Shown piece after piece: positions 16,340-22,096 of a stretch of 22,096 nucleotides of DNA. The number at the start of each line of letters is the position of its first letter. Position 1 is the first letter of the stretch. Position numbers and translations under genes: made by a program. This DNA comes from Candidatus Hydrogenedentota bacterium (GTDB lineage Bacteria > Hydrogenedentota > Hydrogenedentia > Hydrogenedentales > SLHB01): assembly GCA_029974275.1 (NCBI GenBank), contig JARKSN010000271.1, positions 1-22,096 of the forward strand. The letters are read 5' to 3'. Below the pieces are notes generated by a model. It was not told the DNA's origin. It did no database searches and saw nothing but the letters and a program-made list of their open reading frames with translations.

Positions 16340-16483
16340 CTATTTATACAAGCTCCCCCGCACAACAATCTCGCCGCCAGCCTGAACCCTCGTCGGCCCC
16401 GAGACGCCCCCCGAAGAAACCGTCGAACAGCCGCAAACAAACAACAAAACCATCGCCCCATGCAAAAGCCACATGCGCTTCAT
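16340..16483 (-). CDS. Small putative lipoprotein (47 aa)
   Basis: AGGAGAGG RBS; MKR + hydrophobic core + lipobox-like VCG-C; co-oriented 19 nt after the pseC stop. Confidence 0.6.
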   Translation of the reverse strand: MKRMWLLHGAMVLLFVCGCSTVSSGGVSGPTRVQAGGEIVVRGSLYK

Positions 16484-16502
16484 GACGCACCTCTCCTGTA
16501 AG

Positions 16503-17690
16503 TTACGCAGCGTATGCCGCAACGACTTTGCGAAGCGCCTGGACCACGTCCCCCGCGTCCGCATCCGTCATGCCCGCCCACAACGGCAGCGTGATCAACC
16601 GATCATATTGCGCCTCGGCAACCGGACAAAGACCTTTCAGATATCCCATCTGCCGGTAATAGCTGTGCCAGTAGATCGGAAGATAGTGCACGTTCACCCC
16701 AATGCCCTCGGCCCGCAGCGCTTGAAATACCTGACGACGATCCGCGCGGAGATATTCCGCGTTGAGGCGAATCACATAGAGGTGCCACGCAGATTCGCGA
16801 TCGGGAAGCTGTGTCAGCGGCATAACAGCCGGGACATCGCGGAAAGCAGCGTCATAACGCATCGCGATATCGCGACGACGCTCCAGCCATGCATCGAGCT
16901 TGCCGAGTTGCGAAAGACCCAACGCACACAGGATATCCGGCATGCGATAATTGTAGCCGAGCTCGCCCATGTCGTAGACCCAATCGCCGCGACGCTCCCG
17001 TTCGCGCGCGTCGACTTCAATGCCATGGTTGCGGAACGCGCGCAAGCGGGTTGCCAAGGCGTCGTCGTCAGTTGTCACAACGCCACCTTCGCCCGTGGCA
17101 ATGTGTTTCACGGGGTGCGTGCTGAACACGGTCATCGCGGCGTGCGAACCGATGCGTCTGTTGCGGTACGTCGCGCCGAGCGCATGGGCTGCGTCTTCAA
17201 TGACGACAAGGCTGTGGCGTTGTGCGATGTCACGGATGATATCAAGATCGACAGGCTGGCCCGCATAATCGACGGGCAGAATCGCCTTCGTGCGTTCGGT
17301 GACCAACGACTCGATACGGGCAGGATCGACAAGGCACGTGTCGGCCTGCACATCGGCGAAGACCGGCGTCGCGCCGCAATAGCGCACGCAGTTTGCCGTC
17401 GCCACAAAACTCAGCGCGGGCACGATGGCCTCATCGCCCGGACCGAGTCCCGCCGCATGCGCCGCAACATGCAACGCAGCCGTCCCCGAATTCACGGCAA
17501 CGGCATGTTTCGCGCCCACATATTCCGCAAAGGCCTGCTCATACGCCTCCACCGTCGGCCCCGTCGTCAACCACGCGCCACGCAACACCTCTGCAACAGC
17601 CTGTACGTCCGCCTCATCCACCACGTGCCGCCCATACGGAAGCATCGCCGTGCGCACGGGTGCGCCACCGTCTATTGCTAACGTTGCCAT
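16503..17690 (-). CDS. pseC: UDP-4-amino-4,6-dideoxy-N-acetyl-beta-L-altrosamine transaminase (DegT/DnrJ PLP family)
   Basis: 'LPYGRH', 'WLTTGP', 'NSGTAALH', 'IEDAAHALG', 'FSTHPVKHIATGEGG' (PLP Lys), 'LGYNYR'. Near pseB; ATG 17690. Confidence 0.85.
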   Translation of the reverse strand: MATLAIDGGAPVRTAMLPYGRHVVDEADVQAVAEVLRGAWLTTGPTVEAYEQAFAEYVGAKHAVAVNSGTAALHVAAHAAGLGPGDEAIVPALSFVATANCVRYCGATPVFADVQADTCLVDPARIESLVTERTKAILPVDYAGQPVDLDIIRDIAQRHSLVVIEDAAHALGATYRNRRIGSHAAMTVFSTHPVKHIATGEGGVVTTDDDALATRLRAFRNHGIEVDARERERRGDWVYDMGELGYNYRMPDILCALGLSQLGKLDAWLERRRDIAMRYDAAFRDVPAVMPLTQLPDRESAWHLYVIRLNAEYLRADRRQVFQALRAEGIGVNVHYLPIYWHSYYRQMGYLKGLCPVAEAQYDRLITLPLWAGMTDADAGDVVQALRKVVAAYAA

Positions 17691-18571
17691 ATAGGGCAAT
17701 CCTCCCAATTCACGGGAAAGCCCATGTTTTTTCGCGGAACATCCGGGTACTCGTCGAGCAGACAGCGTAACCGTTGTGACCATCGACTTTGCGGCGCGAC
17801 GACCCCGAGCATGTGTCTGAGAATCGTAAGAATGGCGAACACGCGGTTATTGGGGATGACAACAGGGGCATGCCATTCGGGATATTTGTGCCGGTTGGGT
17901 AGTAGTGGTTTGAAACCAAGTTCGCGGTTCCACAGACGGCCATGATGCGCGCAAATATTGCGCACACCATTGAGTACGCCGAGCCACGAAAACAGGACCT
18001 CGTCGGGGACGCCATGGTGTCGTGCGATGGTGCGTTTTATGGCAGGTTCGACGCCCGTGAATAGCGTAAAGACAAGCCCCAAGGGTACGATTTCCACGGC
18101 CATCCACAGTGGTAAATACCCATGTTGATCGCCGTATTTCTCCCGAAAGTGTTTGACAAACACCTCGTGACTGCGTTGCGTTTCTCCATAGACTCGGGCA
18201 ATAAACTCGCCGAAACGTTGACCGTCGATCTTGGGTAAGTTTGCAGGTATCGTATAACCAAAGGGGCCGTACTTGTGGACGTGCTCATAGACCAATTGCG
18301 TGCGCACGGCCACCTCTACCCGTTCAATACCGTCGAGTACGATAAGGCGCAAACGGCGGTCAAAGGTATAGTGCCGCCAGACCATATCAAGCGTAGTGTC
18401 AGAACGGAAGGTGTCATCGGATTTACGGAACGGGTAGAGGTATCCACTTAAGCGGTAGTAATTCACGGATTGCAACCGCGCGACAAGTGTGTCGCGATCG
18501 GCGATCAGACCACGCCCAAGGAGTAAATCGGCCTGTTCTAGGTAGGTCAGCGCCGGCTTGACATACTTCAT
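17678..18571 (-). CDS. Abi family protein (Abi_2/AbiD-AbiF-like HEPN RNase)
   Basis: 'KPALT..EQ..LL..RGL', 'NYYRLSGY', 'Y.FDRRLR', 'PLWMAVE', HEPN R-x4-H 'RNICAHHGRLWN', C-terminal 'MGFP.NW'. Confidence 0.92.
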   Translation of the reverse strand: MKYVKPALTYLEQADLLLGRGLIADRDTLVARLQSVNYYRLSGYLYPFRKSDDTFRSDTTLDMVWRHYTFDRRLRLIVLDGIERVEVAVRTQLVYEHVHKYGPFGYTIPANLPKIDGQRFGEFIARVYGETQRSHEVFVKHFREKYGDQHGYLPLWMAVEIVPLGLVFTLFTGVEPAIKRTIARHHGVPDEVLFSWLGVLNGVRNICAHHGRLWNRELGFKPLLPNRHKYPEWHAPVVIPNNRVFAILTILRHMLGVVAPQSRWSQRLRCLLDEYPDVPRKNMGFPVNWEDCPIWQR

Positions 18572-18586
18572 GCTGAGCCTTCCCCC

Positions 18587-18643
18587 AAAAAGAAAGGCCC
18601 ACCGGAATTAAGCATGCTAGGCAGAGGCTCGGCGGGCTTGCTA
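18587..18643 (-). ncRNA. Putative abiF-type leader/antitoxin RNA
   Basis: Minus strand: AAGCCCGCCG-AGCCTCTGCCTAGCATGCTTAATTC-CGGTGGGCC-TTTCTTTTT. An 8-bp stem (18630-18637 with 18597-18604) and U-tract lie between the promoter and the abi start. Confidence 0.6.
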
Positions 18644-18648
18644 TCCAT

Positions 18649-18677
18649 AGTATAGCCCAGTTTGTTGCATTGTGCAA
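18649..18677 (-). promoter_or_regulatory. Sigma70-type promoter for leader RNA and abi
   Basis: TTGCAC (18677-18672), 17-nt spacer, TATACT (18654-18649). Confidence 0.7.
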
Positions 18678-18714
18678 CTGCCGAAGCGAGAGACATCGCC
18701 ATCACCTCCCAGTT

Positions 18715-18876
18715 AGAAACCTCTTCGTTATTCGGAGGAACCCTTCTTGGAAGAAGGGTTCCTCCGACCCCCATCCCAAGAACTCTTGAGTGCGCTTCGC
18801 ACGTTGTGATGCGCAGCACTGAAAAGTTTCTGGAAGTTTTTTGGGGGGAAACCTCTTTTCAAAGAGGTTTCCCCAA
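18715..18876. repeat. Double-hairpin palindromic element
   Basis: Perfect 17-bp arms 18732-18748/18751-18767 and perfect 14-bp arms 18845-18858/18861-18874 of related sequence (GG..AAC.CT..TT). Confidence 0.7.
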
Positions 18877-18880
18877 TATC

Positions 18881-19870
18881 CTACCCCTTCTCTTCAAGTA
18901 GCTTTAATACCTCTTCCGCACTCAGCCAATGCGTGTTCGCGTCGCTCGAGAATTTTGTGCCGGGCGTCATGGGCGGGCCGAATTGCGGGCGTTGGTCGTT
19001 CCACCAAGGGAAGACCGGTTCGATGACATAGAGGTCGTCCATTTCTTGTGTGTGCAGCGATTCGTCGCGCGAGACGAGCACCTCGTGGAGTTTTTCGCCG
19101 GGGCGGATGCCGACGACGTCGATGCGGCATTCGGGCGCAACGGCGCGGGCGAGGTCGATGAGTTTCATGCTGGCGATTTTGGGCACAAACACCTCGCCGC
19201 CGCACATAATGTCGAGGCAGCGTTGCACGAACCGAACCCCTTGATGGAGCGTCAGCCAAAACCGCGTCATGCGATCATCCGTCACGGTGACGACGCCGGT
19301 TTCTTTTTGCTTGAGAAACAACGGCACGACGCTGCCGCGACTGCCGAGGACGTTGCCGTAGCGCGTACAGCTGAACCGCGTGCCGTCCGCGCCGGAATAC
19401 GAGTTGCCCTGCACGAACAACTTTTCCGCGACGAGTTTGGTCGCGCCGTAGAGATTGGTCGGGCTGACGGCCTTGTCCGTGCTGAGTGCGAGGACTTTCC
19501 GGACGCGGTTATCGATGGCGGCTTCGATGATGTTCGTCGCGCCGTCGATGTTCGACTTCACAGCCTCGATGGGGTTGTACTCGCACGCGGGAACTTGCTT
19601 CATCGCCGCGGCGTGCACCACGATGTCCACACCCGTCATCGCGCGCGTAAGTCGTTGTCGATCACGCACATCGCCCACGAAGAAGCGCAGGCGTGGGTCG
19701 TTGAAGCCCTCGACGCACTGCATATCGTGCTGCTTCGCCTCGTCGCGGCTGTAGACGATGACCTTTTTCGGGTTGCACTCCCGCAAGACCGTCCGGGCAA
19801 ACGCCTTGCCGAACGAACCCGTCCCCCCGGTCACCAAAATCGTCTGTCCATCGAGTGTCATAGGTTGCAT
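18881..19870 (-). CDS. pseB: UDP-N-acetylglucosamine 4,6-dehydratase (inverting)
   Basis: 'TGGTGSFG', 'SRDE.KQ', 'HAAAMKQVPACEYNP', 'STDKA..P.NLYGATK', 'RYGNVLGSRGSVVP', 'GIRPGEKLHE'. Confidence 0.93.
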   Translation of the reverse strand: MQPMTLDGQTILVTGGTGSFGKAFARTVLRECNPKKVIVYSRDEAKQHDMQCVEGFNDPRLRFFVGDVRDRQRLTRAMTGVDIVVHAAAMKQVPACEYNPIEAVKSNIDGATNIIEAAIDNRVRKVLALSTDKAVSPTNLYGATKLVAEKLFVQGNSYSGADGTRFSCTRYGNVLGSRGSVVPLFLKQKETGVVTVTDDRMTRFWLTLHQGVRFVQRCLDIMCGGEVFVPKIASMKLIDLARAVAPECRIDVVGIRPGEKLHEVLVSRDESLHTQEMDDLYVIEPVFPWWNDQRPQFGPPMTPGTKFSSDANTHWLSAEEVLKLLEEKG

Positions 19871-19925
19871 CCCTTAATTAAGACTCACCACGGAAAAGAG
19901 AGTGAACCACAGATGCCACAGCTAA

Positions 19926-20011
19926 CGCCGCATTTTCTCCGCGTTCTCTGCATCTCTGCGTTGATATCTCTCCAACGCAGAGGCGCTGAGGACGCAAAGA
20001 AACGCAGAGAG
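19926..20011. repeat. Back-to-back heptamer arrays downstream of GxxExxY
   Basis: CTCTGCG-type units at 19937-19960, then inverted CGCAGAG-type units at 19976, 19984, 19993, 20003. 19941-19966 is identical to 20418-20443. Confidence 0.8.
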
Positions 20012-20014
20012 ATT

Positions 20015-20395
20015 TCATTCGAGATTGTTGACGATCCGCTTGATGCCGTCTACGAGCCGTAACTCGTGGAAATTCATGTTGAGGCCGAGATGCGTTCCGG
20101 TCAATCGAAGATAGGTCAATGTCTTCGCGTGATCTTTTTCGGTCATCTCTTCTTTCGCTTTCACGTCCACAACGACCTTTTCTTCAATGAGCAAATCCAG
20201 CCGGAGATCCGTGGCCAGCTTCACACCCTTGTAATCAATGGGAACGGGCTTCTGGCGCTCGAAGCGAATCCCACGAAGGTGAAACTCGTGGCATAAAGCC
20301 TCTTCATAAACCCCCTCGAGCAGTCCCGGCCCAAGAATACGATGCACGTCAATGGCCGCTCCAATAATCCGTTCCGAAATCTCGTTCTCGTGCAT
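20015..20395 (-). CDS. GxxExxY protein (PD-(D/E)XK nuclease-like)
   Basis: 'LGPGLLEGVYEEAL' (GxxExxY), 'RLDLLIEEKVVVDVKA', 'GL.MNF'. Confidence 0.93.
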   Translation of the reverse strand: MHENEISERIIGAAIDVHRILGPGLLEGVYEEALCHEFHLRGIRFERQKPVPIDYKGVKLATDLRLDLLIEEKVVVDVKAKEEMTEKDHAKTLTYLRLTGTHLGLNMNFHELRLVDGIKRIVNNLE

Positions 20396-20402
20396 CTTTT
20401 AC

Positions 20403-20443
20403 CCTCTGCGTCACTCGGCGTTCTCTGCATCTCTGCGTTGATA
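20403..20443 (-). repeat. Heptamer array upstream of GxxExxY
   Basis: Units at 20404, 20414, 20423, 20431; inverted relative to 19973-20011. Confidence 0.8.
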
Positions 20444-20468
20444 GGCGCTCTTTGCTACTCCCGCAAAC

Positions 20469-21521
20469 CTATTGTGTCTTGCGGGGCGACACGGATTCCA
20501 GTGCGGCCATCGTCGCTTCGGTCATCGGGAATCTACCAGGATGCGCTACGAACTCCACGTGACCGTCCAGATACAAGACATGGCTTCCCGGTTCACGCTT
20601 CCATGTTCCAGTACTTCGACTTTTATCTATATCTATGGAAATGTGATTGCTGGGCCGTTCCACGATGACGGGAATTTTCGATGCTATGATAGCGGCAGCC
20701 GCCGGATTGGTCATGTCGGTGACAAAGAACCGTTCGATCCCCTCGCGCAGGTGGTAGAGGGTGTCGCTACCGGCGTTTCCTTTTCCGGGTACCACTTTCA
20801 GGTCGCCGTCGAACGCGCCGGGAACGTTACAGGCTTGTCGATAGGCCTCCACGAAGGCTGCGACTTCCGTGTCGTTGGTCATGCAATACCCCAAATAGAA
20901 ATAGTCGCGGTCGGTGAAAGCTGTTTCTGGTGTTAGTGGATCGTCAAACCATCCCAGCTTCTTGTGGCGAAAACAGGACAAGTTCGAGAGGTAGTCTGGA
21001 TAGATCGACCTATCGCACATCAGATTGCCGGGAATCGGCGAGAGATTTGGGAAACGGTCTTTGTGCTCGCCAGCGTACAACTTGAACACAAGGCCCAGTT
21101 GTTTAAGGTTGTTCTGGCAGTTCGCATTTTTTGCAGACTCGCGCGACTTAAATGTTGCCGCAAAAGAGAGAGGGGGGAGCAAGACAAGAGCAGTGCACCC
21201 CAGGATTAGCCCCTTGATGGCCCTGCCTTTTCCTGTCAACGCGCCATTTGCCCTGCGTATCGCAATCAAAGCGGCGATGCCGCAGATCGCGGCAGCAATC
21301 GCAAACAACCAGAGGATCGGAGCAAGAATGAGCACCGTGCCGGGAGGGAATACCCCGAAGAAAAATGTCACGGGAAACACAACGAAGGGAGCGCACAACA
21401 TAACCAAGCTCATCCACAACGACGCCGTGGCCAATTCGCTTACGCGCGGTCCTCTATTTGACGAGGGCGCACTCTCAGATTGTTTCGTTGGGTTAGTAGG
21501 CCCCGCCTTTTCGCTCATCAC
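20469..21521 (-). CDS. Membrane protein with DUF4190-like TM region and DUF1559/H-X9-DG-like C-terminal region
   Basis: N-terminal TM helices with 'GIAALIAIRR..G.LTGKGRAI.GLILG', then 'RESAKNANCQNNLKQLGL.FKLYA', and 'GSHVLYLDGHVEF'. Confidence 0.75.
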   Translation of the reverse strand: MMSEKAGPTNPTKQSESAPSSNRGPRVSELATASLWMSLVMLCAPFVVFPVTFFFGVFPPGTVLILAPILWLFAIAAAICGIAALIAIRRANGALTGKGRAIKGLILGCTALVLLPPLSFAATFKSRESAKNANCQNNLKQLGLVFKLYAGEHKDRFPNLSPIPGNLMCDRSIYPDYLSNLSCFRHKKLGWFDDPLTPETAFTDRDYFYLGYCMTNDTEVAAFVEAYRQACNVPGAFDGDLKVVPGKGNAGSDTLYHLREGIERFFVTDMTNPAAAAIIASKIPVIVERPSNHISIDIDKSRSTGTWKREPGSHVLYLDGHVEFVAHPGRFPMTEATMAALESVSPRKTQ

Positions 21522-21579
21522 TTTGATCCTTATTGTGTTGGCGCTTCAAGCACCATACTCTGGTACGAATCATACCCAA

Positions 21580-21760
21580 ACGCAACTCCTCTCTTCTCTG
21601 CGGACTCTCTGCGCCCTCGGCGTCTCTGGTTTATGTTTGGCTTCCCTTAACGCAGAGACGCAGAGCACGCGGAGATAGCGCAGAGGAAGAATAGGTGGAT
21701 ATCGTCCTGGATATCGTCCCCCGTCTTTCTCCCCTCGGTGTTATCTCAGTGTCCTCCGCG
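21580..21760 (+). repeat. ~181-bp direct repeat, copy 1 (heptamer-array family)
   Basis: Near-identical to 21915-22096. Contains inverted heptamer arrays and a tandem GGATATCGTCC duplication. Confidence 0.92.
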
Positions 21761-21801
21761 CCTCCGTGATGAATCTTACTCTTTCGGTTAGGGCGCGCGA
21801 C

Positions 21802-21870
21802 CTACTGAGTCTTGGAGGCCGACAAGGATTCCAGCGCCGTAATCGTCGCCACGGTCATCGGAAACTTCCC
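21802..21870 (-). pseudogene. 3' remnant of a paralogue of the 20469-21521 gene
   Basis: Translates GKFPMTVATITALESLSASKTQ* versus GRFPMTEATMAALESVSPRKTQ* (15/22 identical). Similarity stops at 21870. Confidence 0.8.
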
Positions 21871-21887
21871 CAAGAACAATCACTCTC

Positions 21888-21911
21888 AAAAAAATCCCGT
21901 TACAAACGGGA
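21888..21911 (-). terminator. Rho-independent terminator-like hairpin
   Basis: Minus strand TCCCGTT-TGT-AACGGGA-TTTTTTT. Confidence 0.55.
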
Positions 21912-21914
21912 CAT

Positions 21915-22096
21915 ACGCAACTCCGTTCTTCTCTGCGTTGTCTCTGCGCCCTCGGCGTCTCTGCGTTTATGTTTGGCTTCCCTTAACGCAGAGACGCAGA
22001 GCACGCGGAGATAGCGCAGAGGAAGAATAGGTGGATATCGTCCTGGATATCGTCCCCCGTCTTTCTCCCCTCGGTGTTATCTCAGTGTCCTCCGCG
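21915..22096 (+). repeat. ~181-bp direct repeat, copy 2 (runs to the window end)
   Basis: Matches 21580-21760 with few differences, all in the first ~50 nt. Confidence 0.92.

Noticed and set aside
18568..18819. 83-aa ORF upstream of abi as a protein antitoxin
   Set aside because: It crosses a palindromic repeat, the promoter and the leader hairpin, and shows no recognisable motif; a non-coding explanation fits better.
21580..22096. CRISPR array or DGR template/variable repeat
   Set aside because: Only two long repeat units, no cas or reverse transcriptase gene, and differences between the remnant and the gene are not adenine-specific.

Overview
High-GC bacterial chromosomal DNA that begins and ends inside repeats, so it may be a whole contig. 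The DUF1559-like/H-X9-DG, GxxExxY and URO-D-like genes suggest a PVC-like or Hydrogenedentes-like host (inference only). (1) 208-7901, minus strand: a compact, intact nine-gene virion operon. It encodes portal, prohead protease-like protein, a small membrane protein, a LigD 3'-phosphoesterase-like protein with a helical C-terminus, DUF2190-like cement protein, HK97-fold major capsid, head-tail adaptor, Dit-like protein and hub/Tal-like protein. No terminase, tail tube, tape measure, integrase, replication or endolysin gene is visible. The operon abuts host metabolic genes, shares their strand bias and carries host-type repeats in its spacers, so it looks like a domesticated GTA-like or minimal-particle system. 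(2) 8108-19870: host genes (two URO-D-family proteins, PIG-L deacetylase, sugar ABC permease, fucose/arabinose isomerase family, small lipoprotein, pseC, pseB). Two defence or toxin modules sit between them: an orphan MAD3/MAD4-like ATPase pair, and an Abi_2/AbiF-like HEPN gene with a promoter and structured leader RNA. (3) 19900-22096: a GxxExxY nuclease-like gene bracketed by heptamer-array inverted repeats, a DUF4190/DUF1559-like membrane protein, and a 22-codon paralogue remnant between two ~181-bp direct repeats. All family calls come from motif recognition by eye, not database searches.
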